Source: Eremomyces bilateralis CBS 781.70
Taxonomy: Eukaryota
Direction: 5' to 3' (one strand)
DNA length: 64,000 bases
NCBI GenBank assembly: GCA_010015585.1
Contig: ML975149.1
The position numbers were made by a program, and so were the translations under genes. Shown piece after piece: positions 1 to 11,236 of the stretch. The stretch's first letter is position 1. Every line of letters starts with the position of its first letter. The notes under the pieces are model-generated. The model saw only the letters and a list, made by a program, of their open reading frames with translations. It was not told the origin of the DNA and searched no databases.

Positions 1-1800
1 AGACCTTGATTTGCTCAAGACGAGCGAAAAGGCAAAGAATGAGAGGCCGGTAACATCGTGGGATGCATGATGTGCTGTCATAGTTGTGAATACTGGGTCA
101 GGGGTAGGAAACAGAGGACCCTGAAAAACAGACAACTTGATATCTGACAGCATGGTAAATGATGGCATTTATGGAAACGATGAAAAACGGGAATCTCCTG
201 ATCTTTGACAGGTGTACCGCGCAAGCATTATTATTTGGTGAAATGTGACTAGTGAATGATGGCGTGCAGGGCGCAGGCAGACGGGAAGCCGGAAACCGCA
301 TCAATCATAGCATCTGGTTTAGCCCTCACCCACGACTCTCAAGGTCGAATCCTCCATTTCATCCAAGACTTTCCGGTCTTGAACTCTTGAGTCTCGGCCA
401 GACCATCCCTAATTGTGGCTCCGTCGGTGAGGCTTACATAGTATTGCTCGGTGCTCCTGCATTGCGCTGCACGGCTCTCGAGGAGTCGAGGCCCATCAAA
501 CCAGCATCAAGCTGGGGAAGTCCGGGGCGGTGATCGCTCCATCCCCCAAAAATGCGCAATCCCCCCTCCCCCCCTCGCCGGCGGAGCGTCTACCGTCCGG
601 GCAGACGGTGCCCCAGGGAGGGACGGTAGACGCCGGTGTTTTTGACCAGATCTCTATGGGTCTACGGAATACAGGATACCTACTACGTAAAGAAACAGCC
701 TCGACTCTCTTCATGATCAAGACATTTTGTTGAGCGGACCAATCAGAACGCAGGATCTGCGATCTTGGGTGGAGTCACTACTGGGGGTGGACCCGATCAT
801 CTCCCGCTTGCTGCCTACCACGCACGGAATATGGGGTACCAAGCTCTTGGTACCGAATGGGACTAACTGTATTCAGTAGCTAGTTATTAGTCTTGACTCC
901 TAAGGGTCTGACGGGCATTCATTATGAGGGTGAAGGTCTGAAGGACATCCTACAATTGATCCGCTCTGACTTTCTGAGCAGAAGAGGGGACTGCGATCAT
1001 GTACCAAGTTCCAAGCTACGTTAAGTTCGGGTTAGTGCCCCCGCATTGTGTCGCACGGAGTCTCTAGTAATCGAGTAGTAGTATAGCCAGTCCGATGCCC
1101 GAATGCCCCGTTATTCCTCTCCAGTCTCCAGTCTCCTGATTCCTAGCTGGGACTCGTCAGGTTTAAACTTTATGCCATCAGTTATGTAGAAGTGGCAGGC
1201 TTCTGAGGCCGTATACGTATCACTGACTCGTGCCGCTAGCATCAGGGGATGCCCAGAGTCCAGACGGTATGTACAGAGAACTCTACCAAAAGTCTTCGTG
1301 GTGGCGTTTTGCCAAGGATTACCTCTCTCCAGTTCAGTTTCACGTAATTAGTGCCTAGACACGGGAGAACAGGGCCCATTAATAGCGACTTCTAGTGCCT
1401 AATTTTGGGCGGATATAGTGGGCAGGGCCTAAGTTGGGGGGTGAAGAAGCCTATCACTACTGAAGCAACGGGCTCTCTCACGGCTACAGGTCTTGGCGCC
1501 AAGATACAAAGACTTTCGGTAGAGTTCTCCGTACACGCTCTCGAGCCTCCGCAGTCGACACCATCGGTTCAGAACAATGAAAATCCTGGCAGACCGCGAC
1601 AAGGTAGATAAAGGTAGATAAGGCCGAGCTCACCCCTCTGGCGAAGTACTATGTAGCAGTCCAGCCATTATATTTCGCTGGATGCCATCCTGCCTCCTGG
1701 GTGGCTAGCCGCATTGAATATTTACTGCAAAAGCTCCTGAATTGTTATTTCTTAACTCATAAACTCTTGACAGTTACTCGTCGAGCCACTCAACAATGCA

Positions 1801-2790
1801 ATGGCCATACCACGATTCCTGCTGGAGGATCTTCCGTCGAATATCTCACAAGGCCCCAAGCTTATCTCCTTGTTCTCTGTATTCTATGCCATCGCCTTGA
1901 TTGCCGTTCTTTCCCGATTATGGATTCGATTCCGTATGGTGCGATTCGGCCTGGATGACTGGTTTATCTTAGCCGCAATGGTAAGAATCGACCATTCCGG
2001 AGGTTGGGCATGATTTGAGTGCTAACCTCACCCTAGGCCTGCGCAACCGGTCTGTACATTATTGCCATGGTCGGAATTGCGAATGGCCTTGGGAGGCATA
2101 TCCACTACCTTACACCTGACGAAATTGTTTTCAACGCGCGCACTTCAATTTTTGTCACCGAATTCTACGTCTGGGGCGTAACAATGGCAAAGATCTCTTT
2201 GCTTATCATGCTCTTTCGTCTCGTCGGCGAACACAAACGGTGGAAACAAGGTATCGTCATCTCAATAGCCATTATGGTTGTGCTGGCTGTAGCATCCTCA
2301 CTGTGGAACTACCTCCAATGCCGGCCGCTGAAAGCATTATGGGACCTGTCCATATCGCGGGACGCCTGCATCAACAAAAAGGTATTCCAAGGATGGATCT
2401 ATGCAATATCAAGTATGTCATTCTACAGCCACTTAATACTAGTACTGGCGAGATCCAGGCACGTTCATGGTCTCGGACATTCTATTGTCGCTTCTTCCCA
2501 TATTCGTCATTGGAAAGATCCAACGTTCACGAGGCGAGAGAGCGGTGATTTGCCTCTTGATGGCACTGGGCCTCCTCTGCTCCGCTGCGATTGTCCCCAA
2601 GCTGATTACCCTTCAACATTACGGCATGAGCTTGGACTTTACATGGTTTTCAGCAGAACTCCTTACATGGAGCATGGTGGAGCTGCTTTTGGGAATTACG
2701 ACGACATGTATGCCGACTTTGAAAAGCGTTGGTGAGAAGTACATGAGGAAGTTGGGCTTGCTGGCCACTAAGGGAGGGGCCCAGCACTGA
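1801..2790 (+). CDS. PTH11-like (fungal rhodopsin-domain) integral membrane protein without CFEM; 3 exons
   Basis: Three ORFs join via introns 1981-2036 (GTAAGA..CTAAC..CTAG) and 2413-2458 (GTATGT..CCAG). Family motifs: RLWIR..FGLDDW, GLGRH, KISLL, QCRPLKALWD, D..LSLLP, WS.VE..LGI...C.PTLK. Several hydrophobic helices. Confidence 0.85.
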
Positions 2791-3698
2791 CATGAGGCCC
2801 TACCAGCTACAAACCAAGTCGGATGATATAAGACCATCTTCTGTCACTGTTATTCTTCCGGGTGCTTAACTGAGAACGTCGTGGTGATCATGTCCTGAAT
2901 GTTGGATGCACATGCGAAGTCGCGAGTCAGTGTCCGGCAATAATAATTTCCTCATTTTGCCGCCGAAGATGAAGCACGAGCAGCGAAGTTGAGCGGAATA
3001 TGGAGCCCTACGACTTGCGAGTCGTACCTGTCATCTTCACGTGCCCAACAGGAGTCGGCTTGGTTCTCCAGGTGGCGCCTGGCGGCACTCAAGGGGTTTT
3101 GCAACCTCCCTATCTATTTCAGGTTATTGGCGTCTACAACACGAATGTTACGACTCCGCACCAGCTATACATGACACAAGGAAGAGCCGGGATATTAAGT
3201 GAACCATATATGGGTTACACATGCCACGGGACATGCTCGCATCCTCACGAGTGAGCATCGTGACGAAAGGTTGCTCATACCCCACCGCAGGGGAAGAATG
3301 GATAGATCCCTATCAATACATCGCCCATGTCTACCATCAATGGTGATGGGCTGATGGGGATCTATGAATTTCTTTCCCTCCCCGGATGACCTTATTAGGT
3401 AGGTATTAATATCGCTCAATAAATTGGCTATTACGTTGCAGCACTGCAGGCATTGACACCTCCGCTGGTCCGGGTGATGGGTCGAATCGGCGATCCTGAA
3501 GAGTGAAGCCTTGTTGGCCGACATGGGCAGGCTTTCAAAGCAGTTCTCAGTGGCGTGAACATGCACAATATATCGAACTCTCTCTAAGGAAAATGATCCT
3601 GCGCTATACTCGGTGCCACACCATTTCGACTCAGAAGAGCTGGACTTAATTCCTGGATGCCGGGGTCGAAAGACCGATTCCGTTCACTGTCGATCGGT

Positions 3699-3875
3699 CA
3701 CTGAATGCGACTATTTAATCATCAGCCGCGCCCATTTCGATCAGTATGGGACCAGATTGCCTCATTGACGGGTTGTTGGCTGCAATCGGCAGTTCACTGA
3801 ATGCGACTGTTTATTCATCAGCCACTCCCATTTCGATCAGTTGAGACCAGATTGCGCTGTTTACGGGTTGTTGGC
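3699..3875. repeat. Imperfect direct tandem duplication, two copies, period about 96 bp
   Basis: CACTGAATGCGACT..ATCAGCC..CCCATTTCGATCAGT..GACCAGATTGC..ACGGGTTGTTGGC starts at 3699 and again at 3795. Confidence 0.85.
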
Positions 3876-4151
3876 CGTATTCGACGCCGGATAGAGTCAC
3901 AATGGGTAGCGGTTGCTGGTCGTGGGAACATTGACGGCCGACATTCGATGGCTCTACTGCACAGTGTGCGACCTGATAATCAAATGACTGGGTGAGCTGG
4001 CAGAAGTCATGTTGTCTTCACGAAGAAGCCCTACTCCAGCCGCGTTGTATTGACACTGAAAAGCGGCCGAAATGGTGGGGAGTGAAGCGAGTTCCAAGGT
4101 TTTGTGCTAGAAGCGTGCAAATGATACTTCTTACTAGATAGAATCGAAACT

Positions 4152-5567
4152 CTATGGGCACACCTCGAGATCGATGGTCTGCGTTCCGTTGCCAATGGTC
4201 TGAGTGCTGTTGTCATCCGCATAGCCTTTTCCCATAGGCAAATTGTTGACCATCTTGGTGATTTCACCAAACTTTTCCGCCTCGGCATCTAAGGCTTCGT
4301 AGTAAACTTTGTCGAGCTCTGGATCGCCCATCGGTGAAACTCTTGTCACCGGATTCGGCTGCAACTGTGGACGCGGACCAGACGGGACGTACACGTTGGG
4401 TCCAGCAATGGTCTGTAGTAACGTGCTGTTAGTGAACATTCTATGCTTCGTATCCGCTGGATCGATAAAGAATAGGGAGGATAGATAATATTGAAAGACC
4501 CACATATCCCCCCGTCTGAGCCTTCTCTATGTCCTCGCCGTACAAACGATAAGTCAACCCAGGATCATCCTGCTTGTACGTTCCAGGGAAAGTATTGCCT
4601 TCTGGCTGTGCAGAGCCGCAGCCAACAATCTCAACAGCGGCGCACATGATATAGAACTTCACGCGGTTAGGCATATAAAAACCAATCCCATCATGGCTAC
4701 ACAACATACCTGTGGCCCCGGTGGGCCGATAGCAATACCACCATTGGCAAAGTGAAGCGCCAGAAGCTCGTGGCGGAGGACGTATGTGCCAGGTTTGATA
4801 TCCCATGGAATGGTAACATTCCATTTGCTACCGTCCGCCCTATGAAACGTTAATATAAGTGTCCGAGTAATGGACATTGGCGGTGTATGGAAGAACAGAC
4901 ATCATATGATCCGTAGCCCATTTGCCGTCTGTCACGGCTTGCTCAGCAATTTTGAAGAATTCAAGCTTGCTGACATTGTTATTTGCCAGGCTTCCCTCGT
5001 AGGGAGCCATGTACTATAATCAATTAGCATCGAGGGCAAGACACTCGGCTCTGTCGAAGGGATTTTACCGCTGTCAGTGGTCCCTTATGGTTAATAACCC
5101 ACTGAGTCTTATTAGCACCCAAGACTCCTATTTCTTTCTCAAGCTAACAACGCACTGGTGTCCATTCGAATGTAGCCGTGCTGCCTGCTCGTGCTTTGCC
5201 AACCAAGGCTGGCGGCCGAGAGTTCAAGTTGCAAGCAATGTCCGGAGTTGTTACATTAACGATAGGGCCAACGCCATCCGCCTCGCCTTTGTCCCAGGAA
5301 TAGACGATGCGCGTTGCATTCAGCGCCGTGTCTTGGTGGCTATTTCAGTAAGCACTGGATCCAAACCAACTAATCCCACTGATGAGGTGACCATACGGGT
5401 CGAATCCAGGATAACTGTGCAGAAGTTAGAGGCCATTTCCAGTTGCTTCACAGAGAACCCAGAAAGTATGAAACATACATGGTGTTATCGAGTGTCACAT
5501 ACTTCACATAGCCATGAGCTGATGTGCAAGCAGTGAAGAAGAACGGATATAAAAAGAATATTCTCAT
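4152..5567 (-). CDS. AA9 (GH61) lytic polysaccharide monooxygenase, secreted, about 8 exons, with C-terminal extension
   Basis: Spliced by eye: signal peptide MRIFFLYPFFFTACTSA followed by His1 (HGYV), then YPGFDP, DIACN, NHKGP, FFKIAE, WATD, VTIPWDIKPGTYVLRHELLALH, PQ/FYIMC, FPGTY...DPGL. Histidine brace and axial Tyr are present. Seven GT-AG introns including an 18-nt micro-exon at 5397-5414. The 3' end is slightly uncertain. Confidence 0.92.
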
Positions 5568-6363
5568 TTTAGACTCGAATCTCCAATATCAATGAAAGAG
5601 CAAGTGTTCGAGGCCTTTCCGATATAAAGAAACCAGATTCAGCCGTTCAAGGTACTTCTTACCTATCTACGACTCTTATATATGATCATGATTTATATAA
5701 AGCTAGGCATTAGATATCGCAGCTTGTCAATGACTTCAAGACGAACTCCGTCGCCCCCGCCGGAGATCATCTTCAATCGCAGCATTCGTAAAATCAAATG
5801 CGCGGGGCCGAGAATTCTTGCTACAGTCCATAATACGGGTAGCGATATGGGTGGGGCCGTGTTGGGCACGGCATCTTTTGCAAGCAACTGAATCAGATGT
5901 CGTATGATAAGGTATTTAAATAAGCTATTTGAATATATCTGTAGCTCTCGATACTATAGCCCCATTGGATGACCAATATATGAAGTACATCGGTGCGTTA
6001 GCTACTTCCGTGGTGATTATAGGCAGATAGATGATCACTGTACGGAGTTGATTGGATGACCTGGTCAGGCTGGTCGAATGGAAGTTTTGTTGTGATGATC
6101 CCTGCCCTTGGGGACCGTTTACCAGCTACTGAACCTATACTAATACATGGTACAATACACTACATACACAGTACCTATTAAGTACTGATCTAACCCAGGT
6201 CTTAATAAAGTTAGTAATTACAAGTGGAGCTTCAGCTCTTCTGCGCGGCATTATTGTCACTCATGACTCAGGATGCATCAACGGTTGAAAAGGGGCCGAT
6301 CCCCCACCGGAATACCAAATACCACCGGCAACAGAAGGAAGAATTTGATGAAAGAAAGACGTG

Positions 6364-9326
6364 ATGGATTCGGCACCCACCACTTCATCTAATAATCCTG
6401 ATCTCCTATTATGTCATGCATGCGGCCTCACATTTAGTCGTTTGGATCACCTAACTCGTCATATCCGCTCGTCCCATGAGCGTGGGAAGTCATTTCCATG
6501 CCAGCTCTGTGGCAAGGCGTTTTCCAGGAGGTATGTGGTCTCGCAGTCTTCAATTTTGCCAGGCGTTGCAATGGTGGTTGAGAAATGTTTTCCAGGGACT
6601 CTTTATCGCGTCATCACCGGAGCCATGAGGCAGATCGCCGAATAAGGCGATCAAAAGAGCATGGATCAAAATCACCCCTTGAGAGGATTTCCCACGCATG
6701 TATCAGTTGCGCGAAGTCGAAAGTACGCTGCGATACCGCCCAACCATGCCGACGCTGCTCCGTATACAAACGTCGGTGTGTTCGAGTGCCACCCCGTCGT
6801 AAGTTTCCGTCTCTTCAGGGCGACTCGAGCGACTCATCCACCTTGGAAGCGTTGCCAGGATGCCGAATCGCGACCGATGTGGCCAACCTTTCCCAGCAAG
6901 CAGAATCCATATTCGTCAGTCATGACGCGACCTCAGCCAATGTTCAGGATCGACAGAGTGAGAACATGGCCGCCTTAAACAAAGAGGCAGCTGACTCTAC
7001 AACCAACGCTAATCAGAGAAATCTGGTAAACATGCTGCGATCTCCGATTCTGAATGGCACCGACTGCGACCAAAAAACAACATACAACAATGTGGAAAGC
7101 AGTGAGCAAAGCGACGACAAGGACATGCCGGAAAAAGTTCTTCCGCGGACCCAACGTGTGAACGAGAACCAATTTACTTGTTTAAATCAGCCGCGGTTCC
7201 TGTTTACCGGCGATCTTGACATTACTAATTGGTTGCCACTGGATTTCTCGGACCTTTCGCTTCCAGTCTTTGACAATGCCTCTGCATCCGCAAGTACTTC
7301 AATTCCATGGTATACTGCTACTACTACTGCCTTTCCAGCAGGCTCTGAGTCGCAGCTAGCTAAGACTCCATCAATATCAAGGGACGTGATGCAGCAGGCA
7401 GATAATTCCAATGCTGCCACCGTGGCACCCGGTCAAAGCCAAGCTCCCTGTGTCGATAATGATAGGCCCCAAGATTTCTTCCACAAGACGGTGGAATTCA
7501 ATGACCTTGCTCGAAGCTCTCAAGACACGCAGAGTGCTAAGGGTGGTAGGCCTGGTATTTCGTCATTATTTCCGAGGGTCGACAGCGCAGAGCTCGAGGC
7601 TTTGCTACATAAAGCTGATCCAGTCGAATACATCTCGGAGCATACGTACAATGTTATACGTGAACAAGTTTGGATGGTCCGCGTTCTACGTCCTGCAGAG
7701 ACTGAGCTAGAACACTCGTTTCCACCGCGACCGCTGGTCAACTGCTTCATCCAGCTCTATTTCCAGCACTTTCACCATTTATTTCCCATCATTCATCAGC
7801 CAACGTTTCCTCTGGCACAGGCGCATTGGGTTGAAGTGCTTGCCGTCGCCACTATTGGATGCCGCTTCTCCAAGCTTCAGGCTTCTTCAGAAATTGGGAA
7901 GGCAATGTCGGCTCTACTTCACATGTCGATATCACATTTGGTATGCCTTCAGGCTCCCACAACGCGACATTACCGCTGCTAATACTGTCAGATTGAATTT
8001 GAGGGCTGGATCGTTCGCACCCTATCTTTCACGACCACGATTCTCCTTAACCAATTTTCTCTGACGTACAGCGGAAGCAGAATATTACTGGAAGCCAGTT
8101 TAGCTTTGGGGAATGCCGCGACAACCGCGTGTCGTCGAAATAATTACTTAGAGCAAGGAAAATCTACAGTAATGGTCGACAAAACCACCGACGGCGCTAC
8201 CCTCGAAGATATGTGGACCAAATGGGTGGGCGAGGAAAGCCGCCGGCGGAATGGCTTTGGATGCTGGGTATGTATAGCATATAAGCACGACGATGAGAGG
8301 AACGTACTGAATTTGCTATAGATACTTCAGTGCCAACTCTCGCTTCAATTCAACCTTCCTGGATCTATGAGGCTCCCGGAGATGAAGGCCGCGCTGCCCT
8401 GCCCGGATGATTTGTGGGAAGCATCAACGGCCACCAAGTGGAAGGCACATTACTTATGCTACCAAAAGGAAGCACTTTCTCCAATCACGGCGGCTAACTG
8501 TCTTCATCGTCTCATCGGCAACAGCGAATTTCCAGACGGTGTGGGGAACTTTGGCAGACTTGCATTAGTTTATGCAGTATACGAGACAGCATTTGAATGG
8601 CGGACGTCGTTTGAAAATCCTCTTCACCACTGGCTCGGTCTTCATGGGTCAATTATACAAGGAACAAAGCATTTTGACTGGAAAGAAAATCTATGCACCT
8701 TCCTTGAAAGTCTTCAGCCAACGCGGGAAGAATCAGAAACCCGATCAACAACGGACCCCCACTCACGAGTGCCGCATCATATTCTAACAGTGATACAGCA
8801 CGCGGCTCTTTGTACTTATATTCCGATTAGCGATATCCTTGTCTTCATCAACCCGGGCTCTACCTCCGAGAAGTGCGAAGCGGAGCATAGACTCCATAGA
8901 TGGTTCTCCGACGACTATGGCCGTACCGCTCGACGTGCCGTATTATACGCTTGCAGGCTGTTTGCGTTAGTCCGAGATTGCTCGTGTTTGAGCTCTCAAG
9001 AGCCCATCGCGTTACTTGCATCAACCTTGACAATCTGGCTATACAGCCATATGAAACCGCCTTCTCAAAAGGCGGACATAAATGTACGCACGTACCAATA
9101 TACGTGTGAGCTGGACAAGACATGGGATACAAGAGATATCGAAGCATGGATTGATGGACATCCCAACGCAGCGGTAGGGGGCCTCCTAACCGGCGTTGGT
9201 AACATCAGTCTCCCGGAGACAGGCCAGAGAGCACTCAGAGTAGCGAGCGGTTCCCTTTTAGGCTTGACGGCATGGGGGTTGAGCAAAGGTTTCGCTCAAT
9301 TTTTAGATTCACTGCAGGAGAATTGA
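6364..9326 (+). CDS. Transcription factor with two C2H2 fingers, a Zn(II)2Cys6 cluster and a fungal-specific TF domain; 4 exons
   Basis: CHACGLTFSRLDHLTRHIRSSH; CQLCGKAFSR/RDSLSRHHRSH across intron 6531-6595; CISCAKSKVRCDTAQPCRRCSVYKRRC; YFQHFHHLFPIIHQPTF; EESRRR; LPCPDDLWEA. Further introns at about 7941-7991 and 8268-8321. Confidence 0.9.
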
Positions 9327-10072
9327 TTGAAAGTTATGAACAAGTCCAGCTGTGAGAACACAGGGTAGATTGGGAGTCGTCAGGGTGGCGCTCGATTGAC
9401 ACGCGGCTATGGTATACTACGTACTCCGTTGACACCCTTTCAGAGAGGGTGCTTACTCTTTTGGAAGCGATTTCAGTAACTAGTGCATAACGTTACTCCA
9501 TACAATGGAGAAGAAAGTTAGCATGACGACGCTGTGAGATCTGTGACATGCATCTATCCGGACCCCGCATATCACAACGCGACATAGTCGAAGCCACGGA
9601 TAGAGCTATAAGCCTATAACTTCCAGGTCAGCAACACTTCCACGTTCCTGGAAGATCTTTGGTCAATGAATCCCTGGCAATATGAGCTTCATTGTCCTCC
9701 AATCTCTGGCCTGATCCCGAGCGCTAAGCATCAAGCCACTGACGTCTGACATCTCCATGCCGTCGGAGTCGGGAATTGTAGCAACCTCGTGTCATCGTGC
9801 GTCACCATGACCGTCGTGGTCTCCATGCCTTGTGCAATGTCTGGGCAACAGATAACCTGCATTTTGATAATACAGGTATTAGAATGGTTGATGGATCATT
9901 GCTTCTTGTCTAGCGTCGTGTAACCGTGTATTTGCGCACTCTTCAGAATGGCTAAGGTATTAGAAGGCGCTATTTCCCTGTCGACGCATCTCAAAATTTG
10001 GATTATTGTTCACGGGATGAAGTCTCCTTAATGCCGTTCATATAGTCTCTTCAGATCGCAACAGTCTTCAGC

Positions 10073-10953
10073 ATGGCCATGCACACAGGGGCAGAGGCAC
10101 GCCCTCTCCTCGCACGCTTCTCGACAGTGGAACCCCGGGAAACAGGCAACAAAGCACCCAATGATGTATATACCATACCACTTCACCCTCATATAATGAA
10201 GCAAATCATCCTTACCACACGTAGACATCCAGCTTCGCCTCCAACCTGACCAACCACCTCACCCAAGCCCTCCACTTCCTCTTCACCGGGGTCTTCGCCC
10301 TCGACTCCACCACCTACGATCCCATCCTCCTCATGCTCAACGCCTCCACCCGCTCCGACCGTGACACCCTCACAGAGCGCTGGCGCGACCACAAGCTCGC
10401 CGAGATGAACTTCGTCGGCATCGTCGCCGCCCTGCTAGCCGGGTGTCTGACGTCCACGGGCTCCTGGCCGAGCCTACTGCCGGCCGACACCACGTCGCCG
10501 TGGCCGATCCGCACGTCATTCTTGACGGGCCTGCTGCTGGCACTGGCATCGATCTTGAGCGCGGCGAACTTGACGATCCGCTTGCATCGGTTGTCGAGCC
10601 ATCGTGATGCGTTGCCGCTGATTCGGTGCTTGATGGCGCGGCGGCCTCCGTGGGGGCGTGTGGGCGGGGAGGAGGAGTTGAGGACGCCGGGGACGTTTGC
10701 GGTGTATACGTGGCAGATGCCTGTGATGTTTTTGACGGCGTCGGTGGTTTGTATGATCGTTGGGATGTGTGCGCTGGTGTGGGCGTCCGTAGGGGAGCAG
10801 GGTTTTAGTAACGTGGATGGCTCCCTCAAGGGGAATGGCAAAGTGGCCATAACGTTTACGACGGTAACAGTTACGGTTGTTGTGGTGTTCTTCGCGGGTC
10901 AGATGAGTCTGTATCACATGCCGAAAAAGTCCGAGTTAGTGGAAGAAGACTGA
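10073..10953 (+). CDS. Conserved-type fungal integral membrane protein of unknown function (about 4 TM); 2 exons
   Basis: The ATG at 10073 splices (GTATAT..GTAG ending 10224) in frame into ORF 10333-10953. Motifs WRDHKLAEMNFVGIVAALL and YTWQMPVMFL, with hydrophobic helices. Confidence 0.7.
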
Positions 10954-11236
10954 TGGCTCGATATATGTTCAATGGCGACGATGAATGATGATTGTATGAT
11001 AAGATTCATTCTAGGATTAGTTAACTTAGTTATGTATTAATGAAACTAAGCTATCTGCGACATGGAAGATGCAAATGTCATGCTGAATTACAGAAATAGA
11101 AAGACATGGTTACATCATGATCGTGTAAAGGTGTATTGACGAAGTAAAGGGGTATAAACATTAAAGAGATTGGGGTATCGGAAGCAACTGCGCCAAACCC
11201 GCAAAATGTCTCACAAATCATTTTCCTCCACATACA

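Noticed and set aside
3699..3875. 96-bp repeat as a coding repeat (ankyrin-like) or CRISPR-like unit
   Set aside because: Only two copies, an indel between them, no ankyrin consensus in the frames read, and no spacer structure; the context is eukaryotic.
5009..5536. 175-aa plus-strand ORF
   Set aside because: Antisense to the spliced AA9 exons, which explain the region with a signal peptide and histidine brace.
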